Source: an uncultured cyanobacterium
GTDB lineage: Bacteria > Cyanobacteriota > Cyanobacteriia > Cyanobacteriales > Nostocaceae
Direction of reading: 5' to 3'
Length of the DNA: 64,000 nucleotides
Assembly (NCBI GenBank): GCA_963706595.1
Contig: OY970166.1
Location: forward strand, 896,001-960,000
Part shown: positions 33,340 through 42,278 of the stretch, piece after piece
Numbering within the stretch: the first letter of the stretch is position 1
Layout of the letters: every line of letters starts with the position of its first letter
Made by a program: the position numbers and the translations under genes
Notes under the pieces: model-generated
What the model was told of the DNA's origin: nothing
Seen by the model: only the letters and a program-made list of their open reading frames with translations
The model's database searches: none

Positions 33340-34464
33340 GTGACTCCAACTGCTCAATCCACGGCAAGTGCGCGTCGCGTGGTATTTCCATTTACGGCAA
33401 TTGTGGGCCAGGAAGAAATGAAACTGGCGCTGCTGTTGAACGTGATTGATCCCAAAATCGGTGGTGTAATGATTATGGGCGATCGCGGTACTGGCAAATC
33501 CACGACTATCCGGGCGCTGGCTGATTTGTTGCCAGAAATCCCCGTGGTTGCCAATGACCCCTTCAACAGTGACCCCAACGACCCCGACGTGATGAGTGAT
33601 GAAGTTCGCCAAATGGTAGAACAAGGGATGGAAATTCCCATAGATCACAAAAAAGTTCAAATGGTAGACTTGCCATTGGGGGCTACAGAAGACCGAGTTT
33701 GTGGCACTATCGACATTGAGAAAGCTTTATCTGAAGGTGTAAAAGCTTTTGAGCCGGGATTGCTGGCTAAGGCTAACCGAGGCATTCTTTATGTGGATGA
33801 AGTCAATTTGCTCGACGACCACCTAGTAGACGTGCTACTGGACTCCGCAGCCAGTGGTTGGAATACTGTAGAACGCGAAGGTATTTCCATTCGTCACCCA
33901 GCCCGTTTTGTACTTGTAGGTTCTGGGAACCCAGAAGAAGGTGAACTGCGTCCCCAACTGCTAGACCGTTTTGGGATGCACGCAGAAATCCACACTGTCA
34001 AAGAACCACCTTTGCGGGTACAGATTGTGGAACAAAGGGCGGAGTTTGATCAAAATCCTCCTGTATTTCTAGAAAAATGCCAAGCTGAACAAGAAGCATT
34101 ACAACAAAAAATTGTCAATGCTCAAAATTTGTTACCATCCGTAACACTTGACTACGACCAACGGGTAAAAATTTCGGAAATTTGTTCAGAACTAGATGTA
34201 GATGGTTTGCGTGGTGATATTGTTAGCAACCGCGCCGCCAAAGCATTAACAGCATTTGAAGGTCGTACCGAAGTCACGGTTGATGATATCAAACGTGTAA
34301 TTACTCTATGTCTGCGTCACAGATTGCGAAAAGACCCCTTAGAGTCAATTGATACTGGCTACAAAGTACAAAAAGCTTTTGCGCGAGTTTTTGGTTTGGA
34401 ACCACCAGAAGATGATGCTACACAAAAAAATGGCGTAGGTCAAAAAATAGGGGCGAAAAATTAA
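33340..34464 (+). CDS. chlI: Magnesium chelatase ATPase subunit I
   Basis: [31 protein letters not shown]. Confidence 0.98.
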   Translation: MTPTAQSTASARRVVFPFTAIVGQEEMKLALLLNVIDPKIGGVMIMGDRGTGKSTTIRALADLLPEIPVVANDPFNSDPNDPDVMSDEVRQMVEQGMEIPIDHKKVQMVDLPLGATEDRVCGTIDIEKALSEGVKAFEPGLLAKANRGILYVDEVNLLDDHLVDVLLDSAASGWNTVEREGISIRHPARFVLVGSGNPEEGELRPQLLDRFGMHAEIHTVKEPPLRVQIVEQRAEFDQNPPVFLEKCQAEQEALQQKIVNAQNLLPSVTLDYDQRVKISEICSELDVDGLRGDIVSNRAAKALTAFEGRTEVTVDDIKRVITLCLRHRLRKDPLESIDTGYKVQKAFARVFGLEPPEDDATQKNGVGQKIGAKN

Positions 34465-34471
34465 AAGCTTT

Positions 34472-34588
34472 GTAGAGACGCGATTCATCGCGTCTTTTAT
34501 TTATCATTGATTCATCGCGTCTTTTATTTATCATTGATTCATCGCGTCTTTTATTTATCATTGATTCATCGCGTCATTGATTCATCGC
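34472..34588. repeat. 27-bp tandem repeat (3 full plus partial copies) grown from a GTAG-REP palindrome
   Basis: GATTCATCGCGTCTTTTATTTATCATT at 34482, 34509 and 34536, partial at 34563 and 34579. Confidence 0.9.
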
Positions 34589-34608
34589 CTCTCCAATCAA
34601 TATTAATT

Positions 34609-34896
34609 ATGAGATTGTGGAACTCTTGCTTAAACAGCTTTATTTTAGCTAGCCAATACAACCCACCTGGGTTTGTAGAGTTATTGATGCTGATGCTAGC
34701 GATCGCTATGTTAATCATAGCGGCAATTTTACCAGCTATGCCTTATTTAATATTGGGTTTGAGCTTGGTAGTGGGAGCATCTATTTCTATCTTAGTACGG
34801 GAAGCGATCGCACCTTCACCCCAAGCACGAGTCACCCAATTCACCGCATTATTATTGCTTTTCATTAGTATCTACGGCTTTGCTGATTTGCTGTAA
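34609..34896 (+). CDS. Small membrane protein
   Basis: Three hydrophobic segments; ATG after the tandem repeat. Confidence 0.7.
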   Translation: MRLWNSCLNSFILASQYNPPGFVELLMLMLAIAMLIIAAILPAMPYLILGLSLVVGASISILVREAIAPSPQARVTQFTALLLLFISIYGFADLL

Positions 34897-34945
34897 ATTC
34901 TTTAATTCTCGGTGCGTTAGGACTAGTGTCCATAACGCACCCTAC

Positions 34946-35049
34946 TAGCGTGGCAAGCTTAAAATAGTGCATTAGGTAAAAAGCAGAAAACATTGATTTA
35001 TCCCAATTTTCTCAAAAATCTATTGCAACATTTTAGCCTTGCCACGCCA
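34946..35049. mobile_element. 104-bp MITE, copy 1, with CTAC (GTAG) target duplication
   Basis: CTAC|TAGCGTGGCAAGCTTAAAAT...ATTTTAGCCTTGCCACGCCA|CTAC; near-identical inverted copy at 45494. Confidence 0.88.
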
Positions 35050-35140
35050 CTACGAGGTTCAAGCCGATGTGGGCAAGTTTTTTCTCCCCTGCCCCCTGCA
35101 CCCTGCCCCCCTGCCTCTTCTCCCCTGCTCCCCTGCTTCT

Positions 35141-36232
35141 TCATTCCCACCCTTGCATCTCTACCAATTCCATACACAATTCATTAATTTGCTCCAAATC
35201 AGGTCGCGCAGGTAAACTTGATTTCTCGTAAATAATTTCCATTTGGCTAACCAAATCCTCTGCCATTTTCATCACTTGTTCATAGGAATAATCACCACTC
35301 AAAATAGCTTTAAAATCTTCTACATCACCAGCAATTCTTCTATCTACAATTATTTCCCCTCGCTGTAATATTTCTAATCCACTGCGTAATAATCTAATGC
35401 AGTGCATTCCATGCTTCAGGTCAAAACCCGACTTTCTTTCCATTTCCGCCCTAGCAGGATTTCTGTTTTCCTGCCAAGATATGTAAGCTTTCCATTCTCT
35501 TAAAGCTATTTGATAATTTTGGCTTTTTTGCAGTAAACGAATAAAATCTTTGCGGCTATTGGTGAATTTTTGGGTATATTCCAAAGTTTCATCAGGTAAA
35601 GTATATTGTTTCAATACTCCTTTAAAATCAATATCTGCCGTCAGCAACTTATATAATTCTTCGGCTTCTTCTAAAAATTCAATTCTGCCTCTAATTAAAT
35701 GATAAAGATACTCCAGAAAAGCGTTTAACTCATCTTTAATCAGTGGCGCTTCGTCTTCTATGCCAAAATCAGATGGAAGTGGCTTCTTTTGTGGTGGATT
35801 TAATAACCATTTGCGATGAGTCTCCATCTTTTTGATTTGAGCAAAAGCATAACCAGAATAAGTATGCTTAACTTTTTTAGTTAAAAAGATTCTTTTGTGC
35901 TTAATTAACTGTTGACCAACTGATGTTAACACAGGATAATTTTGCAACCACAGCAATTCTAAAATATTGGGGTTCGCCCCTGCTAATAACTGAATTATCT
36001 TTTTTAACTCATAAATAACTGTGTCTTCATTGCCATCAATAAAGGGAAATATCCCAGGTTCATCCCAACCGGTGTCTTTTTGTTCTATGCGGTCAAATCC
36101 CAAATAATATCTTTTGGGTGCAATAAATACTCCCCGAAAATCAAAGTCTGACTCAGGACGATTTAACCCATATCCGTGGCTACCAGATAAACCAATCAAA
36201 ATTGTTCTTTGTTCAACTTCTATTCTTTTCAT
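35141..36232 (-). CDS. Pol-beta superfamily nucleotidyltransferase (RlaP/YcgL-like)
   Basis: GSHGYGL..ESDFDFRGVF (GS...DxD), ANPNILELL, FDLKHGMHCIRLL. Confidence 0.85.
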   Translation of the reverse strand: MKRIEVEQRTILIGLSGSHGYGLNRPESDFDFRGVFIAPKRYYLGFDRIEQKDTGWDEPGIFPFIDGNEDTVIYELKKIIQLLAGANPNILELLWLQNYPVLTSVGQQLIKHKRIFLTKKVKHTYSGYAFAQIKKMETHRKWLLNPPQKKPLPSDFGIEDEAPLIKDELNAFLEYLYHLIRGRIEFLEEAEELYKLLTADIDFKGVLKQYTLPDETLEYTQKFTNSRKDFIRLLQKSQNYQIALREWKAYISWQENRNPARAEMERKSGFDLKHGMHCIRLLRSGLEILQRGEIIVDRRIAGDVEDFKAILSGDYSYEQVMKMAEDLVSQMEIIYEKSSLPARPDLEQINELCMELVEMQGWE

Positions 36233-36333
36233 ATTTATTGGTTAATCAAAAAAATTATCAGTTTGTAGTAAACACTTTAGTGTTTTATATATAAAAATAT
36301 AAGGACTAAAGTCCTGACTACGAACAAGCCCTT

Positions 36334-36525
36334 CTACTTAAAATCATCACTCATCCAAATTTCTCCCTTGTTTAAGTCTGGGATACGTTTCTCAGGTGGT
36401 TGGGTTTGAGTATATTTTTGTGCTAAAAATTCCACAAAATCTAATACTTGCTGTTGCTGTTCTGGTGCTAGGGTTTCCAACTTGGCAATTAATTCTGAGG
36501 TGGTATCTACAACTTGAGAAGTCAT
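36334..36525 (-). CDS. DUF2281-like antitoxin, orphan and probably truncated
   Basis: QQVLDFVEFLAQK...KGEIWMSDDF then stop; no toxin downstream. Confidence 0.7.
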   Translation of the reverse strand: MTSQVVDTTSELIAKLETLAPEQQQQVLDFVEFLAQKYTQTQPPEKRIPDLNKGEIWMSDDFK

Positions 36526-36783
36526 CTTAGCCTCTCCTGATCAGTGTCTGATTTTATGGTACTTGTTTATTTGAGGCGATCGCATCGCATAGTGTAGCTA
36601 TAGCAATCCTAAATAAGTGATATTGACTTAACCCCAGTTAATCAAGTAAGATAGTAGATTGTCTGTCTCATTCCTGCTCGGATCAGGTGGACATATAACA
36701 AAAGCTAGCAACAGCGATCGCTCAAAACCAGAGAAATCGCCTTTAAAGCCAGCTACCTGTACGGCAAACTCAAGGACCATTCC

Positions 36784-37182
36784 ATGACCTACGCAATTAT
36801 TGAAACTGGCGGTAAGCAACTAAAAGTTGAGCCAGGTCGCTTTTACGATATTGAACTGCTCCATATCGAAGCGGATGAAAAAGTTACAATAGATTCAGTA
36901 TTACTAGTACAGCACAACGGCGAAGTCACCATTGGACAGCCGTTAGTAGCAGGGGCGACTGTAGAAGGGACAGTAGTGCGGAACTTTAGAGGCCGCAAAG
37001 TCCTGGTATATAAAATGAAGCCTAAAAAGAAAACCCGCAAAAAACGGGGACACCGCCAGGAAATCACAAGACTGATGATTGATTCCATTAACTTTAATGG
37101 TGAAGTCTTTGGTCCCGAAAACGGTGTAGCTGTTGAACTTCCCGTTCTCGAAGAATCCCCTGCGGAAGCTGTAGCTGAATAA
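36784..37182 (+). CDS. rplU: 50S ribosomal protein L21
   Basis: [21 protein letters not shown]. Confidence 0.98.
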   Translation: MTYAIIETGGKQLKVEPGRFYDIELLHIEADEKVTIDSVLLVQHNGEVTIGQPLVAGATVEGTVVRNFRGRKVLVYKMKPKKKTRKKRGHRQEITRLMIDSINFNGEVFGPENGVAVELPVLEESPAEAVAE

Positions 37183-37209
37183 TAAATACAAAAAACACAA
37201 GAGGTAATT

Positions 37210-37491
37210 ATGGCTCATAAGAAAGGTACAGGTAGTACTCGTAACGGTCGCGACTCTAATGCTCAACGCCTGGGTGTAAAGCGCTTTGGTGGTCAAAATG
37301 TGATTGCGGGAAATATTCTCGTGCGTCAGCGTGGCACTAAATTTCACCCCGGTAACAACGTCGGTATTGGTAGCGATGACACTTTGTTTGCTTTGATTGA
37401 AGGTGTAGTAACCTTTGAAAGAAAAGGCAAATCCCGCAAAAAAGTTAGTGTTTATCCAGTCGCTGCACCAGTTGAAGCAGTAGCCGTTTAG
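37210..37491 (+). CDS. rpmA: 50S ribosomal protein L27
   Basis: [16 protein letters not shown]. Confidence 0.99.
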   Translation: MAHKKGTGSTRNGRDSNAQRLGVKRFGGQNVIAGNILVRQRGTKFHPGNNVGIGSDDTLFALIEGVVTFERKGKSRKKVSVYPVAAPVEAVAV

Positions 37492-37639
37492 ATGAAATCT
37501 GGTGGGAAAAAATGTAGGGACGTTCCATGGAACTTCTCTATCAGGGTTTTGTAATCACGCATATTTTATTTTCACCAGATGTCTCTTTGACGGGGTGGGT
37601 ACTCCCCACCCTGATAACTGAATGGGGGGAGCAGAGTAA

Positions 37640-38077
37640 TTACAACTGCGGGAAAAATCCCAGATGTACGACTTTACCCAAGGCTAAACCTGCTAATGAA
37701 AATATCAACGTCATCAAAAAAGCTTGTCCTTGCTTAAAGCCAGCAGTTTGAAAGTCTATTCTGGCTAAGATACCAGCAGAAATAATCAGCAAGGTATCCA
37801 GAAATATTCGGAACCAAGCCAGCATTAAAAAAAATAAAAATGCTCCAAAAGTGGCAACAGCAAAAGACCTGATATTTGATTGCAGTAATAGATGAGAGTA
37901 TTTTGATATTGCCGACCAAGGAATAGTCAAGCTACCCACTAAAACAAAAACAGCAAGTATAAAAGTTATCCACACATACAAAGGGGCTTGTGTCTCGGAT
38001 AATGCCCAACCTAATGTACCGTAGCTCAGGAGTAACAGCACTAAGGAAATCCAAGGAAGTGTTTTCACAATTGACAT
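37640..38077 (-). CDS. Hypothetical membrane protein
   Basis: 4-5 TM segments. Confidence 0.7.
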   Translation of the reverse strand: MSIVKTLPWISLVLLLLSYGTLGWALSETQAPLYVWITFILAVFVLVGSLTIPWSAISKYSHLLLQSNIRSFAVATFGAFLFFLMLAWFRIFLDTLLIISAGILARIDFQTAGFKQGQAFLMTLIFSLAGLALGKVVHLGFFPQL

Positions 38078-38449
38078 GGGTCTGTATAACCTTAGCGGCT
38101 CAAGCTGTGATTTAACAAAATATTGGGGTCACAAAAACCTTGGTTTTACTTTAATTATTATCTCCCCTAAAATATATTTTGGATGCTAAACACCTAACAG
38201 CCTATGGGTCAAATCACCAACACTAACTACAAAAAGCTGTAGTTAGAGAGATTTTGGCGGCAATGTCTTAGACTATAGTTTTATCATCATATTTTTTGTA
38301 GATGAAATCAATAGGCTGTTATGCTCTTGCCAAGAAAACTAAACCACTTGCACCAGATAATGCCATAAACTAGTTAAATATTTGCGTAAACATTTGTAAA
38401 CTATTAACAGCCGAGTTGCCACACGTCACATTTTGTTAAGGACTTATTT

Positions 38450-39358
38450 ATGAAACAACTTGTAATTGCGGAGCGCGTATGCCTGATTGGTCATATCGTG
38501 TCCATGGTGTTTGGATTAGTAGGCATACTACTAGTTGTACCGAATGCCGAAGTAATTTTCCATTTATCTGAATTTGGACAAACCGCCATGCAGTGGAGTA
38601 TGGCAGGGGGTGGTGTGGTCTATATGATATTGGGAACAGCAGCTGTATTTTTATATGGTTTGCGGACTTTGGGCTTGGGTAGAATTTTGGCCTTTATGCT
38701 CCCCGCAATCTTTATTTCTTTGGGTAGTGAATTATTAGGAACCAGTACAGGCTTTCCTTTCGGTCACTACAGCTATCTCAGTGGCTTGGGCTATAAAATC
38801 GCTGGTTTAGTACCGTTCACAATTCCCCTGTCATGGTTTTATGTGGGATGCGCTTCTTACCTGCTGGCGCGCGCTGGTTTAGAAGTGGATACAAAACCTA
38901 GCTTATGGCGACATATCTGTGCTATCGGTTTGGGTTCTTTGCTATTGACTTCTTGGGATTTTGTGCTAGACCCAGCAATGAGCCAAACTTCTCTGCCTTT
39001 CTGGTATTGGCAACAACCAGGGCCTTTCTTTGGAATGCCTTATCAAAACTTTGTGGGCTGGTTGGGTACTGGTGCTGTGTTTATGACTGTGGCTGCTGTG
39101 CTATGGAACAACAACCCCATTAAATTTGAGCGATCGCAACTCAATGTACCCTTAGTAGTATATTTAGCTAACTTTGGCTTTGCTACAGTCATGAGTTTGG
39201 CTGCTGGATTCTCCATTCCTGTAGGATTAGGCTTTGTACTAGGTGTAGGTCCTTCTCTCGCACTGTGGTTAAAAGGATCAGCCGTATCTACCCAAGCTGA
39301 TACCGAATCAACAACTAACACAGTTTCCGTGGCAAATATCAAAGTTGCTTTGAAATAA
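38450..39358 (+). CDS. cruF: Carotenoid 1'-hydroxylase/hydratase
   Basis: SELLGTSTGFPFGHYSY, WDFVLDP, GMPYQNF; adjacent to cruG. Confidence 0.9.
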   Translation: MKQLVIAERVCLIGHIVSMVFGLVGILLVVPNAEVIFHLSEFGQTAMQWSMAGGGVVYMILGTAAVFLYGLRTLGLGRILAFMLPAIFISLGSELLGTSTGFPFGHYSYLSGLGYKIAGLVPFTIPLSWFYVGCASYLLARAGLEVDTKPSLWRHICAIGLGSLLLTSWDFVLDPAMSQTSLPFWYWQQPGPFFGMPYQNFVGWLGTGAVFMTVAAVLWNNNPIKFERSQLNVPLVVYLANFGFATVMSLAAGFSIPVGLGFVLGVGPSLALWLKGSAVSTQADTESTTNTVSVANIKVALK

Positions 39359-39603
39359 AATTAGGGGACAGCAAGATATCCAATACCGCAACCGCAAAAG
39401 CGGTTAGGACAAGACAAAATTCCAAAACCAAGTCACAGCAAGTATTTTATTTTTGACCCTTCTCTGCGAGACACTACGTGGTAAGCGCAGCTATGCCGTA
39501 GGCTTTACGACTAAGCTCAGGGTAAACTTTTGACTTTTAACTTTTGACTTTTGACTTTTGCTATATGTCCCCTAACCCATTCTTTGTGTAATCACCATTC
39601 CTA

Positions 39604-40788
39604 TTGCAAAATATTTTTACTGTGGAAAACGCTTTAACAGTAGAAAGCGTCATAACTTTTCTATTGCTACTTATCCAAATACCAGCAACAGCCATTCTGC
39701 TTTCACGTCTGGTCAAGGGGCCAAGAAGACATCCGCCCCTTCAAGCCCAACAGCCGACACCTGAGCTTTTGGGTACTGTCAGCGTTGTTGTTCCTACGCT
39801 CAACGAGGCGCTTCGTATTAGTCCTCTGTTATCTGGCTTGAGTCGGCAAAGTTACGAAGTTCGGGAAATTATTGTAGTCGATAGTAATTCCCAGGATGGT
39901 ACGCCGGATTTAGTCAAAACTGCACAGCAGCAAGACCCCCGTTTTCGCCTAATGACCGATGACCCCTTACCTGCTAATTGGGTGGGTCGTCCTTGGGCAT
40001 TACATAACGGCTTTTTGCATAGTTCCGAAGCCAGTCAGTGGTTTCTAGGGATGGATGCTGATACTCAACCAGATCCCGGTTTAGTTGCTAGTTTGGTGAA
40101 GACCGCAGCAGCCCAAGAATACGATTTAGTTTCCCTTTCACCGCAGTTTATCCTTCAGTATCCCGGTGAATGCTTGCTGCAACCGGCGTTATTAATGACT
40201 CTGCTGTATCGATTTGACCCGGCGGGAATTACCACCGAACAGCCAGAACGGGTAATGGCAAATGGACAATGCTTTTTGTGTCGCCGTTCGGTTTTAGCCG
40301 CAGTCGGTGGTTATACCAGTGCTAGGAGTTCTTTTTGTGATGATGTCACATTAGCGCGATATATTGCGGCTCAAGGTTTTAAGGTGGGCTTCTTGGATGG
40401 CGCAAAGGTGCTGAAGGTGCGGATGTATGAGGGCGCGATAGAAACTTGGAAGGAATGGGGGCGCAGTCTGGATTTGAAAGACGCATCTCCATCTGCTCAA
40501 GTTTGGGGGGATTTATGGTTACTTTCAGCAGTTCAGGGTTTACCTCTGTTGGTTGTGCTGAGTTCCTTTTTGATTTCTTTGAATCCTCTGTTATTGGGCT
40601 TAAATGTATTTCTCTTGGTGATTCGTTTTGCTATGCTATTCGCGATCGCACCTTCCTACGACCGCAAAAATGCTCAAGGTGGTTGGTTATTTTGGCTTTC
40701 TCCTTTAGCAGATCCCATAGCTGTACTGCGAATCTTTCTATCAGCGTTGCACACCCCAAAGGAGTGGCGAGGCAGGAAGTATAGCTGA
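39604..40788 (+). CDS. cruG: Carotenoid 2'-O-glycosyltransferase (GT2)
   Basis: VVVPTLNE, MDADT, ANGQC, DDVTLAR, VRMY. Confidence 0.88.
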   Translation: MQNIFTVENALTVESVITFLLLLIQIPATAILLSRLVKGPRRHPPLQAQQPTPELLGTVSVVVPTLNEALRISPLLSGLSRQSYEVREIIVVDSNSQDGTPDLVKTAQQQDPRFRLMTDDPLPANWVGRPWALHNGFLHSSEASQWFLGMDADTQPDPGLVASLVKTAAAQEYDLVSLSPQFILQYPGECLLQPALLMTLLYRFDPAGITTEQPERVMANGQCFLCRRSVLAAVGGYTSARSSFCDDVTLARYIAAQGFKVGFLDGAKVLKVRMYEGAIETWKEWGRSLDLKDASPSAQVWGDLWLLSAVQGLPLLVVLSSFLISLNPLLLGLNVFLLVIRFAMLFAIAPSYDRKNAQGGWLFWLSPLADPIAVLRIFLSALHTPKEWRGRKYS

Positions 40789-40838
40789 TTGCTGAAGACG
40801 CGATAAAAAGACGCGATAAATCGCGTCTCTACAAGGGA

Positions 40839-40889
40839 AATTACGAATTACGAATTACGAATTACGAATTACGAATTACGAATTACGAA
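40839..40889. repeat. STRR heptamer (AATTACG)x7
   Basis: Tandem run between convergent cruG and rnhA, overlapping the rnhA stop. Confidence 0.95.
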
Positions 40890-41815
40890 TCCTCGTCGGT
40901 TTCGAGGCGATCGCCTCTTTCCAGTTCCCAAAGAATTTGATTTCCTTCGCGTCTTACCCGTGACACAATCCAGTTCCGCCAGCGCCATTCGTCTCCCCGA
41001 CTGGTGACAGCGCTGGCGTGGACATCCATTAAGTCTGCTAGTTCCGAACTACTAATTAAGTAGCCTTTTTCCGAAATTTCATCAGCTATACGTAGAGTTT
41101 CCAGCAAGTTTTTGAGTTGCTTTACCCTGGTTGTAGACACTTTTTCTTCATTTACTGCCGCAGTTTGTGCGGTGGATGTTTCCATAATGTTTATATCTGA
41201 TATAAAAGTACCGTCATCTTGTGTACTTTTGTTAAGTCTTGTAGAATTAGATGCATAATCTACTACTTCTTCTACATTGTCTTCACTTAAAGAATGTAAA
41301 GATTTGTAGGAATCAGTAGCGGATAATTCTTGTAGAGAAGGGATTTGACCGCTAGCGAATGAGCGAGCAATCACATCACAGCGCTCGTTACCTATGTTAC
41401 CAGAATGTCCCCTGACGTGTTGCCAATTTACTTGGGGAGTATTGAGTTGATCCAAAAGTTCTAAAAGTTCTTGGTTTTGGACAGGTTTACCATCGGCCTT
41501 TTTCCAGCCTCTTTTTTTCCATCCTGGTAACCACTTAGTCACGCAGTTGATCAGGTATTCGCTATCGGTATATAGGGTTATGGGTTCAGCTTGTGCTGAT
41601 GCGTGGAAGAAATTTAAAGCTGCGATCGCCGCTTGCATTTCCATCTTATTATTAGTCGTATAGCTGGCAGCATCACCCATTTCATGGATTTTGCCATCGT
41701 TGAAATAAGCGACCACACCCCAACCCCCAGGGCCAGGGTTCCCAGTACAAGCGCCATCGGTGTAGATACTTTGAATTTTGCGTTGATTAGACATAGTGAA
41801 GATATCGCACTGCAT
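40883..41815 (-). CDS. rnhA: Ribonuclease HI with C-terminal extension
   Basis: IYTDGAC.GNPGPGGWG, TTNNKMEM, TDSEY, VRGHSG..GNERCD. The start is probably ATG at 41794. Confidence 0.93.
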   Translation of the reverse strand: MQCDIFTMSNQRKIQSIYTDGACTGNPGPGGWGVVAYFNDGKIHEMGDAASYTTNNKMEMQAAIAALNFFHASAQAEPITLYTDSEYLINCVTKWLPGWKKRGWKKADGKPVQNQELLELLDQLNTPQVNWQHVRGHSGNIGNERCDVIARSFASGQIPSLQELSATDSYKSLHSLSEDNVEEVVDYASNSTRLNKSTQDDGTFISDINIMETSTAQTAAVNEEKVSTTRVKQLKNLLETLRIADEISEKGYLISSSELADLMDVHASAVTSRGDEWRWRNWIVSRVRREGNQILWELERGDRLETDEDS

Positions 41816-42039
41816 TAATACGCAGGGAAAATTTAGGACTTAGATTGTCAATTTACCTGAACTCTAGACACCATTGTTATATTTTGATACACTTGCATCC
41901 AAAGCTATTTGAGAAAATATATCTATAGTATTGTAAATTAATTGGTATTAATTGTTTTTTAGAATAGCGTATGGCAAAGATTATTTCACTAGCAGAGTAC
42001 CAAGAATTATGAAGAGAACGTAACCAAAACACCAAATAA

Positions 42040-42147
42040 GTAGCCCGTGCTGTTGGCTATGTAAATCAAAGCCGTTTTGCAGCAGCTTTTCGTAAGCAAT
42101 TTAATACTAATCCTAAATCCTATGATTTGTTACTGAGAGGAGTTTGA
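42040..42147 (+). pseudogene. AraC-family regulator C-terminal relic
   Basis: Translates VARAVGYVNQSRFAAAFRKQFNTNPKSY, with an in-frame TAA immediately upstream. Confidence 0.8.
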
Positions 42148-42278
42148 AAAGTAACTAATATATATAGTCATCCTATCTAATTTCTAAACACAAAATAAGC
42201 TTTTAGATACCCGACTTCTGGTAGAAGTCGGGTATCTTTGGGTTCGTAGAATAAAAACTGGGATGCACCCCACAAGAT

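Noticed and set aside
34482..34588. Possible second CRISPR array
   Set aside because: Units are identical tandem copies with no unique spacers
34507..34608. N-terminal extension MIHRVFYLSL repeats
   Set aside because: Translation of the non-coding tandem repeat; the real start is likely 34609
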